Origin: Octopus sinensis
Taxonomy: Eukaryota
DNA: 64,000 nucleotides
Assembly (NCBI RefSeq): GCF_006345805.1
Contig: NC_043004.1
Location: forward strand, 4,898,001 to 4,962,000
Direction of reading: 5' to 3'
Below the pieces are notes generated by a model. It was not told the DNA's origin and searched no databases. It saw only the letters and a program-made list of their open reading frames with translations. Positions 1-13,317 of the stretch are shown piece after piece (positions within the stretch are counted from its first letter, which is position 1; each line of letters starts with the position of its first letter). The position numbers and the translations under genes were made by a program.

Positions 1-349
1 GAAAATATTGCAATGAAGAAAGAATAGACATTGATTAATAATACTATTTTGAATAAGTACATGGGACAACTCTGTACATCTTTCCATCTTATTAGACCTC
101 CTCAGCAACCAGTTTGTGTTAGCATATCTAAATATCAGGAGCTTCAATAAATTAATTTAAAATAATTATACAGTGAGAGAAAAGAATGATATTATTCATC
201 GACTAATTAAGTTTGATATTTTTGACAAGTACAGAATTATCACACCAGTCTTATTTTGACTACATCAATGAAGGATAGCCTGAGTATAGAAAAGGAGAAT
301 GCTATTTTAGCAAAATTCTATATATATTAAAAAAAAAAACCTATTTTAA

Positions 350-532
350 CTCTTTCGTTACCATATTTATTTTGGGATGCTCTGTGTTTCTTTCAATTAA
401 TTTTAAATATAACCAAGAATTTAGTAAAATAACTTAGTTGTCATTAAGCCTAAGGTTTGGTGGAGGATTTTAATTCAAAACTCATGAAAACAAGACATTT
501 GTACTACAGAACCAGAGGTGGTTTCAACTAGG
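350..532. mobile_element. piggyBac-like MITE, decayed copy (same family as 1676-1895)
   Basis: TTAA at 346-349 then CTCTTTCGTTACC; body aligns by eye with 1676-1895 with an internal deletion; right end degenerate (GG then TTAA at 533-536). Confidence 0.7.
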
Positions 533-619
533 TTAATTCATTGCCAAAACTGTAATGAAAGAATCACTAAGTATTGAATCACAGTGGATTTCTGCATTAC
601 TATGTATTATACATGTGGA

Positions 620-860
620 TGGAACCTGTGCTTGAACATGCTTATGACTCATATATCATTATCAGCATATTTGAACATCCACTTTTTCATGCTCACATGG
701 GCTGGGGGGAGGGCTTTCTTGTCATCAGCATTCACATATTTCCAAGTAAGGTAATATTTCCCCTTGACCAGACATATTTCCACAGAAGATTTTGGGGCAA
801 GGGACATTGCTTGCATGCTGAAGATATTTGTTTGCGACTATCATGCAATGTCAAGTGAAG

Positions 861-949
<89 letters not shown>

Positions 950-1085
950 AACAGACAGACAGACACACACACCCACATTCTTTCAGTTTCTGTTTGCTGA
1001 ATCAACCTGTGAGCTTTGGCCATCCTGGAACTATAGTAGGGGACACTTGCCCAAGGTGCTATGCAATGAGACTGAACCTCAAATC
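620..1085 (-). mobile_element. SINE with tRNA/CORE-like head and RTE-like (GAT)n tail, interrupted by (AT)n(AG)n
   Basis: Reverse complement matches 3045-3510 and 8780-9165 (GGACACTTGCCCAAGG...GACTGAACC head; GGTAATATTTCC...GACATATTTC body). Boundaries approximate. Confidence 0.6.
863..947. repeat. compound (AT)n(AG)n microsatellite
   Basis: Directly visible. Confidence 0.98.
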
Positions 1086-1675
1086 ATGACGAGATGACTT
1101 TCCAATGCCCGGTCAAGTAGAAGTGCACCATAGTGAGCATGGAAGCTGTGGGTATGAGCCTGGGTGACACTGACCGTGGGTGCAGGTCTCAGGGGTAGAA
1201 GCAAATATTCCAACTTCTTAGCACACTGCCACACTGGTACCTGTATTGCAGTAATATGAAAACATAAAATGCACAGTCGTCAATAATCTCATGCTAATGG
1301 TCACTTTTGTATTCCCTTAATCTAGATTTCTTAAGACTGTTTCAGTAAACGTTATATATAATTCCTTTTGATTTAGCAGCAACAAATAACCAACAAGAAA
1401 GCGTGTACGTCGGGGCTTGATCTTTTAGAAATATCAGCCAAATCCTTTTCATATTGCACCCTACTATTGGAAAAGGAGAATGTTACAAAAATGATGGAAT
1501 GGTCGTGACTGGAATGCTTTTGACTGTAGATCTCTTTGATGTGCATTGACCTCGGGCTTAGCAATAACAACAATAACATAGTAGTAGTATTGATGGATAG
1601 TGGCAGTGGCAGTGACGATATCTGTATAATGTGGTGTATCTGATGATTCCTAAATGGCTGGTGATTTCAACTTAA

Positions 1676-1895
1676 CCCTTTCGTTACGGTATTTATTTTG
1701 AAATGCTCTGTGTTTCTTTCAATTACTTTAAATATAACAAAGAATTTATTAAAATAACTTAGTTATCATTAAGCTAGTGTTAGAAACATAAATTGTGACT
1801 AAGGTTTGGTGGAAGATTTTAATTCAAAACTTATGAAAACCAGACATTTGTACTCAGAGCCAGAGCTGGTTTCAGCCGGGTTGGTAACGAAAGGG
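1676..1895. mobile_element. piggyBac-like MITE, 220 bp
   Basis: TTAA (1672-1675) | CCCTTTCGTTAC ... GTAACGAAAGGG | TTAA (1896-1899): perfect 12-bp TIR with CCC...GGG termini and TTAA TSD, the piggyBac signature. Confidence 0.85.
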
Positions 1896-2890
1896 TTAAA
1901 CTTAATACATGCATGTCTTGCAGGTAGATGTATGTGTATGTTCATGTGTGCATGCTGATGACTGCACATGTGTATATATATGCCCATACGTATGTTAGTG
2001 TGTTTGCATGGGTGTCACTAGATGTACCATACAAGTGAATCCTTACATTCTTAATTCCAATTGGAGGAAAACTGGCACTGTTCTACTGAGTGAGGGAATA
2101 TATAAGTATTTGTGAATGCATGTGTGTGTGCATGCACGTGCACACACACATATACACACATATGTTTGTGTATGTGTGCACATGCATTTGTGTGTACATG
2201 CACAAGTTTGTGTATTTTCAAATGAGAATGTGTATGAGTGTATTTATGTATGTGAATGTGTAGGTTTTTTTGTGTATGTATTTATGTATGTGCATTTGTG
2301 TATATGTGTGCGTAAATACATTTATATTCACACCACTTACCTGTTGATTATCTGTTTGTCATTGTTTATATCGTGCCAACCTTTAAAGTTATATTGTTGT
2401 TCTGTATTATGTACTCAAAGTGTGTAAACAATGTTCATGGCAATCTTTAAAAGAAGAAAAGAAAGAACCAGTGCCTTTTTACCTGTTTAATTTTACTCTT
2501 TTACACAGCTTTAAGAAATATCTTGTGTGTGTGTGTGTGTGTGTGTATTTGTATAAATGTATGCATTTGTGTTTACAAAAAGTTGTAACAGTTCACCATC
2601 TTGGCAGTAGATAAAGCGATATTTTCCACTTAGCAATTCCTACAGTATATATACCATTCAAACATCCTTTTCTTCTCTTTTTATTACTGTGTGTGTACAT
2701 TTAGAGCTATTTCAAACCCCCTGTCCCCATCACACATACCACATGTCATACTTCTCTCAAGTTTTCTGTGAAAATGAAAGGAAGGAAAGCATTTAGATGT
2801 GAGTGTGTATTATATCATCATCATCATCATCATTGTTTAAAGCCTGCCTTCCATGCTAGCATGGGTGGAACATAATATGTATATATATAT

Positions 2891-3008
2891 ATTTACTGTC
2901 ATGTCACATTAAAAACACCGATTCTTGTCTGATCACTGAAATTAAGCAATGTCGAGCCTAGTCAGTACTTAGATGGGTGACTGCTTGGGAAACCTAGGTA
3001 CTGTAAAG
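2891..3008 (+). pseudogene. 5S rRNA-derived copy, full length, CpG-decayed
   Basis: AAAAACACCGATTCTTGTCTGATCACTGAAATTAAGCAATGTCGAGCCTAGTCAGTACTTAGATGGGTGACTGCTTGGGAAACCTAGGTACTGTA is collinear with animal 5S rRNA including the A and C boxes; many differences are CG>TG/CA. Confidence 0.85.
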
Positions 3009-3044
3009 ATCTTTTGTTCCTAAGGTGGTGCTCCAGTATAGCTG

Positions 3045-3510
3045 GAATGGCTCTGTGATTGAGAAACTTGTGTCCCATTCATGTGGTTTTTGGTTCAGTC
3101 CCACTCCATGTCACCTTGGACAAGTGTTTTCTGCTATCTGACCAAAACCTTGTGAGTGGATTTAGACAGAAACTAAAAGAAGCTTGTGTGTGTGTGTGTA
3201 TATATATGTGTGTGTGTGTGTGTGTGTATGTATATAATATATAGATGTGTGTATGTATGTTTGTGTGTGCCCTTGTCCCCGTGTTTAAACGTCATGTGGT
3301 GGTTGTAAATGAGCATCATCATACAAGCAAGGTTGTTTGTTTCCAGTCTCTTCCCTGAGAAATATCTGGCTATGAGGAAAATATTACCTTGCTTGGAAAC
3401 GACCGGGAGATGGTGACAGGAAGAGCATCCGGCTGTAGACAATCTGCCTGAACAAATTCTATCTGACCCATGCAAGCTTGGAAAAGTGGACATTAAATGA
3501 AGATGATGAT
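3045..3510 (+). mobile_element. SINE with tRNA/CORE-like head, internal microsatellite and RTE-like (GAT)n tail
   Basis: B-box-like GGTTCAGTCCC, CORE-like CACCTTGGACAAGTG, internal (TG)n/(TA)n, tail ...CCCATGCAAGCTTGGAAAAGTGGACATTAAATGAAGATGATGAT. Confidence 0.7.
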
Positions 3511-3925
3511 ATATATGTATATGTACTAAAAATTGTTTAGAAGCCAATACAGTATAAATTGGAAATAAGAAAGTGAAAACAGAGAAGTAAGAAGGGCAAA
3601 ACAGTTTACACTTTACCTTGTATGTTGATGTTTTGGGAGGGAATATGGAGGATGGTGTCAAGCTGGCATCTTTTGCTTAACAAAGATACTCTATCATCAA
3701 TGTTTTTATGCAAACAAACCAATTCTAATGTGTGTGTGTGTAAATATTTAATGTTTATAGCTCAGTAGGGGGTTTAGAATAGAATCTATTTTTTAAATTG
3801 TATTTTTAGTTGTTTCTTCTATGGATGAGATTAGATTATAGGGTCCAAGCTTAACTGTTTTCTAGGAACTAAAAATAAACATATATGTATAGGAGTTTCT
3901 TCTTACACACACACACACACACACA

Positions 3926-3956
<31 letters not shown>

Positions 3957-4483
3957 CTTTCTTTGGATTTAGTATGCTAGTTAATTTGTTGGTTTTGTGT
4001 GGAAATGAGATTGTAATTCAAAATCATGAGTCACCATTTTCACCCTGTTATCTCAGACATCCCATCAATTTGATTTGCTTTCTTTTTAGTCCTGCTTGGG
4101 GGAGTGACATGTTAATTTTGTTGATTTGTCATGTAGTGGTGGTGGTGGTGAGAGATTTAACCCCCCCACCCACCTGCAGAGCCAATTTGTTGATCTCACG
4201 TGTCAGCAACTTCAGTTCACTTAGCACTAGTATTCCACCGCCCACTGTGTCTCGCTAGATAGAATTTTGTGACATAATCTACTATAATAATACTCTTGTG
4301 TCTTTCTCCATCACAACATATGATGAGAAAAGAAGGGGGTGATAGATGAATAAGGAAGGAAGAGGTGATGGCGAACTTGGTAGTAGGATGATGGAAGTTC
4401 TACGGTGAAAAAAAAATTCAAACTGTGTTTCAACTCTGCATGAGTATATGTGTGTGTATCTAAAAGGGAGTCATGTGAATGTG

Positions 4484-4514
<31 letters not shown>

Positions 4515-5401
4515 TGTGTGTGTGTGTGCGCAATGGAAGTGGGATGGTGAACATTCAATGCTGAAAAGAAAAATCAAACAGCGTTTCAACTCTGTGTGAG
4601 TATATGTGCATATGTGTGTTCATACAAGGGATGTATGTGAATGTTTGTGTCTGTGATTATTATGTACCTTATTTTGTACCTTATTTATATATAAAATACT
4701 ACAATTAGCTGTCAGTTTTGACAACACAGGACCAGCTCGTAAACTTATAATAATCTAGACAAATGTAAATATAATTCACATGTCTAAAATAACTGCAATG
4801 TTACTGTTTTCTCTCTGGTCAATTAAACTCAGTGCTAGATTCTTGAGTTCTTCATATCAAATTCTGAATAGTTATAGCTATCTTTTTGTGACAGGTAAGT
4901 CTTGACTTAACTCACCTTATACATTCAACTTCTAGACTGGCTGGGTAATAAACTGCATAAAAATCATGTCTTGATTAAGTTATTGCACATAACCTCATTA
5001 AACATTGCACCTAACAGTGAGCAGTGGTATGTCCTGAGTGTATCCAGCCATGTGTAGTGTCGTCACCATCATCAATTAATGCCTGCCTTCCATGCTGGCA
5101 AGAGTTGGATGGTTTGATAGGAGTTGGCAAGCCAGAGGACTGCTGTCCTCTGGTTTACTGTCCATGGTTTACTGTCAACTTTGTTATTGTTCTATATCTG
5201 GATGCCCTTCCTAATGCCAATCACTTTACAGAGTGCTCTAGGTACATTTTATGTGGCACCAGCATCAGTGGGAGTCACCAAATAATTAGCAGAAGAAGGC
5301 CCCTCAACTGAGGGTTGAGGTGTTGTATTGAGGGAAGTAACTTTGAGTCAGGTGGTCAGAGGTTAGAGTACGATAGAAGGACAGAAACAGGTGTCTTGCA
5401 G

Positions 5402-5620
5402 TAGAGAGGATACTGAAGAGTTCTGACTTTGGATGAAAGAAAATACGGGGGGATCAATTAATTATAATTTTATTCAAGCTATTCCCCTCTCAGATTTACA
5501 CACTTATTGCAGCAGTCCTTCAGTTTTTCTAAGCCCTGTAAAAGAACTCAAAAGGTTGGGCCTTCAACCAGGCCCTTCGTGATACCCTTAAAGCCAGGAA
5601 CTTTCCAGCACCCCATTGTA
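5402..5620 (-). mobile_element. mariner deletion derivative (MITE)
   Basis: Degenerate TIRs TAGAGAGGATACTGAAGAGTTCTGACTTT / AAAGCCAGGAACTTTCCAGCACCCCATTGTA with TA ends; minus strand translates to a mariner C-terminus, LQGLEKLKDCCNKCVNLRGE*. Confidence 0.75.
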
Positions 5621-6336
5621 CATGGCTACAAATTATTTGCTTGTGATCTCTATCTTTAGCATAATAAGCCTACATATGTAGTAAGACTGATTGAAGCTAT
5701 TTAACAATAACAATAGCTATTGGAGGTAAAGGTGATTGAAAGCTATAGAGCTTAAAGGTAACAGGCCAAATAATAAGCATGACTATGATGGCAGTATTAC
5801 GGTAGGAGTAATATTTGTAAAAGATTATGGCAAACAAAGTATTGCTGTGTTTTAGGATATTGATAAGAATCTGCTTTGTTTCCAATGAGATAATACAAAT
5901 AGAACAAGGTAGAACTAAGCATATTGAATTCATTATCACCAGTGTTGTTCATGGCAACATGGAAGCTTAACCTTTTAAGAATATCTGTCATATCTCTCAA
6001 ATCACACTTTACTATCTTCAAAAGAGAGGACATGTTGGTTACATTGTATGTGGAAAAGAGGAGAAAACATGGAATCTGTGGTTGCTGAGTGAAAAGCCTC
6101 TGACTCACAATCTGCTGGGTATTAAACAACAACTACTGCTACCACCCTTATGCATGAAGACTAAAACACAATTGCAGCAATAGTGACTGAACTCTCAAAC
6201 CATCAAACCCTCTAAAGTTTATTTGTATTAAATATGTTTCCTTTTGTTCAACAAAAAAAAAAGTTTTAAATGATTTCTGGTCAAGTTCCTGATTAACAAG
6301 TCTTTCGGAAATTTTTATGTTAGAAGCATCTTCTTC

Positions 6337-6367
<31 letters not shown>

Positions 6368-7243
6368 AGTGTTTTAAATCCAGGTTTTGTCCCTGTTAAC
6401 AGGGGTGGCCAGATCTACCTCGGTGCCATAGCAACCGAGGTAGGTAGGTGCAGTCCACCCCAACCTTTGGACTGGCTGGTGTCCATTCTCCTTTGCTATC
6501 ATGAGGCTTTTTTGGAGCTGGATTTTCTACAGGGAGCATGCCCTTGCTTATCCCCAACCCCAGTTTCTAGACATGGGTGGTCCTGAGACCAAGACCTCTA
6601 TTATAATTCTAAAGAAATGTGGTGGAAAAATAGCTCAGGAAGGCAGTTGGCACTACTCATTGAGACCCCTTTTGGAGCCCCCCTACCTCATGGAAAACTT
6701 TGGAAAACTTTTGATGAGTGGCTTGGAATTGTGATTATTCATTTAACACTATGACTCATCCAGAACTTAAACACCAGCCATTAATATACCAGTGAGCTAT
6801 CATAGGAGTCTCTATAGATGTGTGACCTACTAGAAGGGGCAGCTAAATCATCCTTGAATTACATGTCAGAATAGTCACAACTGGAATACTCTCAATCATT
6901 AGTCTGCTTGATCAGAGCTGTGTTGGGATTAAACAATAAGACCATTAAAACCTTGGAAAAATTTGTGGAAAGAGCTCCTGCAATTAAAACAGCAGTAAAA
7001 ATTAAAATAGCAACAAAATATTTGTATTTATAAAATGAAAAACGTGAGAAATTGATTGACCACTTGTTGGTTGGTGATTGGCTTCTGAATTACGTTTCAG
7101 CAAATGAGTGATACATTTTGATTTGGTGCTGGTCTGTTGCAGGTAATATTTCCAAGTAATCTGGTCCTCATTGCCAACAGTTAGGTGAACTCATGTGCTA
7201 AAGAATAGTGTTCTTCTGTAAGCACATAGAATAATCATCATCA

Positions 7244-7520
7244 TCATCATCGTTTAGCATCCGCTTTCCATGCTAGCATGGGTTGGACTGTTCAACTGGA
7301 GTCTGGTAAGCCAGAAGGCTGCACCAGGCCCAGTCTGATCTGGCAATGTTTCTACGGCTGGATGCCCTTCCCAACGCCAACCACTCCGTGAGATTAGTGG
7401 GTGCTTTTTACGTGCCAGACGATGCTGGCAAACGGCCACGATCAGATGGTGCTTTTTATGTGCCACCGGCACGGGGGCCAGGCGAGGCTGGCAACGGCCA
7501 CGATCGGATGATGCTCTCTA
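7244..7520 (-). mobile_element. RTE-type LINE 3' end with (GAT)n tail
   Basis: (CAT)n then CGTTTAGCATCCGCTTTCCATGCTAGCATGGGTTGGAC...GGATGCCCTTCCCAACGCCAACCACTCC; same sequence forms the 3' UTR of the RTE fragment at 10455-11985. Other copies near 5060-5290(-), 7790-7965(+), 12850-12975(-), 17020-17160(+). Confidence 0.8.
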
Positions 7521-8549
7521 AAATCAACCATTTTATTTACATTCCACTGATATTGGCACCTGATTTGTTAGTCAGTTACTTTGGTATGATTTGATCTGCA
7601 AAACCCTAGCTTTCAGCTGTGAAATTTTACTCTTCTTCTCTGTGTTTAATCATTAGGGATGCTACTACACAGTCACTCAACTTGCTAGGAATAGCTACCA
7701 AATCTTTATGTATTTACACCTTCCTGTCTTTTCTTGTTCTTTTCCTGTCTTGCAAGTTACTTGGTGATCTCACTGGTGCCAGTGGCATGAAAAAAACCAC
7801 CCATTATGTACTGTAAAGTGGTTGGCATTAGGAAGGGTATCCACCTGTAGAAAGCATGGCAAAGCTGATGTTGGAGCTCACTGCAGCCCTGCAGCTTATC
7901 AGATCTTGTTAAATCATTCAACCCATGCCAGTATTGAAAACAGTCATTAAATGATGATGATGATTATGACTATGTCTTGGAAAAAGAGAAGGATACCCTT
8001 GATAATGTAATCCTAGGTCCACTGTATGTGAAATATAAAGACTAGATGATGACAGCTGGAACAGAGTTGACCCAGAGCCAAACAAGTACAACAACATTGA
8101 CTTCCATGTCGTTTACTGTAAAATCCCTCTTGAGTTATTTCAACCCCACCCTTCAGAGTACATCAGGGAACTGAGAACAGACATCCAGAATAACTTCCTC
8201 TGGAAGCAAATAGCTTTAGTTCTCTCCTTACTGACTTCTGGGAAAGTTTTACTGATTCAGCAAACAATTTGTACTGCTAAAATGTGTTATTATCATAATT
8301 AATTAATTGCCAACTGTCTATTAAACCTTGCTGCATATGTTCCAAGATGATAAAACAAAAAATATATTGTGCTCAGTTTTTTTTTTTTTAAATAAAAGCA
8401 TAAATTAATTCTAATGTAGTAAATACTGTTTTGTCTTATTTATAATAATTATTTGTGTAGATCGTGTTTTTGAAAGTGCTTTTATTCAATCTTGTTATTT
8501 TATGTTTGAGGAAATAGAATATTTTCCAGATAAAATGTTGCTAAGTAGG

Positions 8550-8610
<61 letters not shown>

Positions 8611-9554
8611 TACCTCTCCTGGTAAATTTTATCTTTGGAATTCTTGCAATTGGAATATGGCTGTTGGTTCTTCTGTCACTTGGCAAGTTTGTTGAAACAA
8701 TCTCAGATGTGTAAGAAGTGTTATCTTACTTTATTCCTGATGCTGCTATGTTCACCTCTACATTGCCTCTCGTGTGTGCAGTTGTCATTATCATCATCAT
8801 CATCATTACATTATTGATTTAACATTCACTTTGCCATACTTATATGGATCAGACAGAATTCATCGAGGTAGATTTTCTATAATTGAATGCCCTTCCTGTC
8901 ATCAACCCTTATCTGTTTCCAGGCCAGGTAATATTTTCCCTTGGAATGACTGTGACAGTCTTTTACAACTATCACACAATGTCATGTCAAAGACACACAT
9001 GATGAGCTTCTTTCAGCTTCTGTCTACCAAATCCACCCACAAGGCTTCTTTGGTCAGTCTAGGGCTGTGGTAGATACTTTCCCAAGAATGTCACACAGTG
9101 GGACTGAACCTGAAACCACATGGTTGAGAAGTGAACCTGTTAACCAGACAACCATGTGTGGGCCTGTATGTAGTAGACACACAATGTCTAGTTGTGAATA
9201 GCATTTCTTATTTTAGCACTCCTGTGGCTGTGTGATGAGACAGGAAGTAGAAAACTGTACTAAGTTACAGTCAGTAATTTTCTGCTTCATGTTTTTAAAA
9301 ATCTGAGCAGTAGCAATTTCTTTTTCTTTCTTTTGGGGTTTGTAGATTAATTAGCAGTAATATACCAGGGATGCCTTACATGATTGATTGTTTTCTATCC
9401 TGTCTTGGATCTAGTTGCATCATTATTTTTGTAAATGCCATCATTGTTCTCCAGATTGACACACTGCCACCACCACCAGCACCACCACTACTACCACATC
9501 ATCACTACTGCCACCACCACCACCACCACCATCGCAAATGAATGTAGGGAGTCC

Positions 9555-9760
9555 CCATGCAGTTACTAGAAATAATATCCAGATCCAATTGCACCCAGTT
9601 CTCTTTAAAAAAAAGGAAGGACATATTTGATCATTTGATCTTAGATACAGTATATCTGAATAAAAGATGAGATGGTTGTAACTGGAATGCCTGAAATCAT
9701 AGGTCTGAATCAGACCAGTTCTGGAGGAGTGGGGGTGAGAGGGTCAAACAACAATAACAA
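9555..9760 (+). mobile_element. unclassified dispersed retroposon with (AAC)n tail
   Basis: GATGGTTGTAACTGGAATGCC...ATAGGTCTG...AAACAACAATAAC; related segments near 1400-1580, 6830-6940, 33750-33950, 38400-38560(-), 40380-40455, 48555-48635(-). Confidence 0.55.
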
Positions 9761-10080
9761 CAACAACCACTGACACCATTTGCGCCTGTTTAAAAATTGT
9801 AATTTGTTTTATCAGTGCTTCTCACGAGGTTTGCTTTCATAACTGACACATCTGAGTCAGTATTTCCTAAAATTTCTTTGGATATATTTGTCCCTTACTT
9901 CCTCTAACCCTTACTCCACCTAACCCAGCTTTTAGATCTCTGGTCCCATCTCCTATTTTCTCAATATCTCCTGAGTCTCTTTTACCCATCTTTGTAAACA
10001 TTTTGCTGCATCATCTCAGCTGTTCTTTTTTTTAATTGAATGATTGTAGCTATGGATTAAAGAAATGGTATATCTAGTTA

Positions 10081-10260
10081 TGCACACACACACACATCCT
10101 TACACACATGCATGCACACACACACACATCCTTACACACATGCATGCACACACACACACATCCTTACACACATGCATGCACACACACACATCCTTACACA
10201 CACACATGCATGCACACACACACACACACACGCACTCTCTCTCTCTCTCTCTCTCTCAAG
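10081..10260. repeat. ~32-bp minisatellite (ACACACACATCCTTACACACATGCATGC) x4 grading into (CA)n(CT)n
   Basis: Four ATCCTTAC-containing units visible. Confidence 0.85.
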
Positions 10261-10454
10261 CATAATGCATGGAGATGATACAGATTTATAGATACATATG
10301 CATAGGCATGGCTATGTGGTAAGAAGCTTGCTGCCCAACCACATGGTTCTGGGTTCAGTCCCACTGTGTGGCACTTTGGGCAAGTGTCTTCTATAACCTT
10401 GGGCTGACCAAAGCCTTGTGAGTGGATTTGGTAGACGGAAACTGAAAGAAGCTC

Positions 10455-11985
10455 ATCATCATCATTATCGTCATTGTTTATCGTCTGCTTTCCATTCTGG
10501 CACGGGTTGGATGGTTTAACTGAGAACTGGCCAGCCAGATGGCTGCACTAGGCTCCAATCTGATCTAGCAAGGTTTCTACAGCTTGATGCCCTTCCTAAT
10601 ACCAACCACTCCAAGAATGTAGTGGGTGCTTTTTACGTGCTACCTGCACTGGGGCCAGTCATGCAGTTCTGGCATCAACCGTGCTCAAATTGTGCTTTTA
10701 TGTGCCACTGGCACAGGAGCGTCAGGGAGCACTGGCAACGACCATGCTTGAATTGTGCTATTTACATGCCACCGGCACGGGACCAGTCAGGCGGCACTGG
10801 CATCGACCACGTTTATATGGTGCTTTTTATGTGCCACCGGCATAGTAGCCTTTCCAGTGGGGCTGGCATTGACCATGCTCGAATGGAGCTTTTTACATGC
10901 CACCAGCATGGGTGCCAGTCAGGTGGTACTGACATTGACTCAACAGGTCTTCTCAAACTCAGTATATTGCCCAATGATTGAAGGGTACACTTAAATGGGC
11001 TGGTTATGCGACACTGGCATAGGCCATGGTTACAGTCTCATTTGGTTTGCCGGATCTTCTGAAGCACAGCATATCTCCAAAGGTCTCAGATGCTTGTCAT
11101 TGCCTCCATGAGGCCCAATGTTCAAAAGTTGTGCTTCACTACCCCATCCCAGGTCTTCCTGGGTCTACATTTTTCACAGGTTCCCTCCACTATTAGGGTG
11201 TGACACTTTTTCACACAGCTATCCTCATCCATACACAACACATGATCATACCAGCTCAGTCATCTCTTTTGCACATCACACCTGATGTCCAACTTTTTTC
11301 TCAGAGCACTTATACTCTGTCATGTATGCACAATGACATTACACATCCAGTGGAGCATACTAGCTTCATTCCTTGCAAGCTTATGTATGACTTCAGCAGT
11401 CACAGTCCATGTTTCACTGCAGTGTAGCATGGCAGTTTGCACACATGCATCATACAGTCTACCTTTCACTCTGAGCAAGAGGCCCTTTGTTACCAGCAGA
11501 AGTAGGAGCTCCTTGAACTTTGCCCAGGCTATTCTTATTCTAGCAGTTACACTTTCAGAGCATCCACCCCCACTACTGACTTGGTCACCTAGGTAAGCTA
11601 TCAACTACTTCTAGTTTTCCCCTCTGGCATGTGATGGAAGCTGTTTTCTGGACATTTTCAGTGTTTATTGCCCCTGTGCAAAAACTATCTTCACACACAA
11701 AAACTATCTTCCCAGTTAGCCTTCCTTTGACATTGCTGCAACTCTTATGTGACCATAGCTTACACCAGGTACATCTTACGGGGTATCTACCTATGCCTTT
11801 TCTTCATCACCTCATCCCAAGTCTTCTACCTGATTTGAGATTTGTGATTTGTCTGCCTTCCTACTTACTAAGACTTTGGTTTTTGCTAGATTGACTCTAA
11901 GGCCCTTCGATTCTAGACCTTGCTTCCCCGTCTGAAACTTCTCCTCTAGTTCTGATAGTGACTCAGCTATTAGATGATGATTCTG
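10455..11985 (-). mobile_element. 5'-truncated RTE-clade LINE (RT C-terminal part, 3' UTR with ~58-bp tandem units, (GAT)n tail)
   Basis: Minus-strand peptides LIAESLSELEEKFQ..KQGLESKGLRVNLAKTKVLVS and YLGDQVSSGGGCSESVTARIRIAWAKFKELL..L.TKGL.LRVKGRLYDACV..AMLH.SETW are typical RTE ORF2; frameshifted. Confidence 0.85.
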
Positions 11986-12215
11986 GTTGGTCCAATCAAC
12001 TGAACAGCCAGCTTGTGAAATTATCTTGCAAGTGGCTGAGCACTCCACAGACATGCATACCATTAATGTAGTTCTTGAAGAGTCAGCAGCATAACACAGA
12101 ATGTGACACGGCTAACCCTTTGAAATACAAGTACTACTCATTTCTGCCAGCTCCGTGTACTGGAGCAATGTGAAGTAAAGTGTTTTGCTCAAGGACACAA
12201 CATGCAACCCTTCTC
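11985..12215 (-). mobile_element. V-domain-like SINE body and tail directly abutting the RTE fragment
   Basis: Reverse complement matches 55905-56222 (GTGTCCTTGAGCAAAACAC...GTGGAGTGCTCAGCCACTTGC...). Confidence 0.7.
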
Positions 12216-12300
12216 AAGTAAAATCAGTGTGATACATGGTACAAATCAATAACCTTGAATCTCAGGTACAATTCATCTGACATGGGTCTGCGCAGTTTCT

Positions 12301-12531
12301 TATTTCTTTATTGCCCACAAGGGGCTAAACACAGAAGGGACAAACAAGGACAGACAAAGGGATTAAGTCGATTACATCAACCCCAGTGCGTAACTGGTAC
12401 TTAATTTATCGACCCTGGAAGGATGAAAGGTAAAGTCGACCTCGGTGGAATTTGAACTCAGAACATAACAGCAGATGAAATACTGCTAAGCATTCGCCCG
12501 GCATGCTAACGTTTCTGCCAGCTTGCTGCTG
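12301..12531 (-). mobile_element. tRNA-derived SINE with Deu/Nin-like central domain, 17-bp TSD
   Basis: TSD GGGTCTGCGCAGTTTCT at 12284-12300 and 12532-12548; central GTCGACTTT.CCTTTCATCCTT..GGTCGATAAATTAAGTACCAG. Domain name from memory. Confidence 0.85.
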
Positions 12532-13317
12532 GGGTCTGCGCAGTTTCTATCAACCCAATTCCACTCAGAAGGCTTAAGATGAATCGAGGTTATGGTAAAA
12601 GATACTTCCCATAGATGCTGTGCAGTGAGATGAAAGCTATGAACTACTTTGTGATTGTAGAGTCAACTCATACATTTGGCCGTGTAGCATCCACGCGTTC
12701 AATGAATGAGTGTGTCTCTACATGTTCGCACATACACATATACACTCACATATACAATTTTATAGATTTTTAAAAAATCACATGGTTTCTTTCTAATTAT
12801 TCAACATAATATGAATATGCATACGTCATTATCATCATTATTATCATCATCATCACTCAACACCCATCTTCAATGCTGACATGGGTTGCACGTTTTAAGG
12901 GGATCTGATGAGTTGGGGGTATGGTTTCATGCTCCAGGATTCTACAGCTGGTTGCCCTTCTCTAACACCTACCGCTTCACAAAGCATAACGGAACCCTAT
13001 TCTGTGGAAGGTTGCCATGCTATCTGTTTCAAGTCTGACAAGTTGTATCTTCGTACCTTACATACTATTAACTGTTTGGTAGTTTACTTATTGCAAGAAA
13101 CCTTTGATTTATCTCTACCACTGCATTGCTTTCAGTTAACTGGATATGTGTGCCTTCATACACTGCTCTGCACTTTAAACTTTCATAATTTCGAATATGA
13201 GGAAGCTATCTTGATGGGGTTGTACATCTTCCTTTTGTTTTGCTCTTTCTTCTTTGGATTTAGTTTTTTTTCATATAGCTTTTTTTTTCATTATTAATGT
13301 TTTATTACTGTAGATTT

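Noticed and set aside
5797-6132. 111-aa minus-strand ORF and overlapping plus-strand open frames
   Set aside because: No recognisable motif and no consistent splice phases; could be chance.
8502-8714. Transmembrane-looking ORF / exon, with a possible phase match to a 62-bp exon at 4833-4894
   Set aside because: It would include a (CT)n array, plausible splice sites exist on both strands, and no family was recognised; not supportable.
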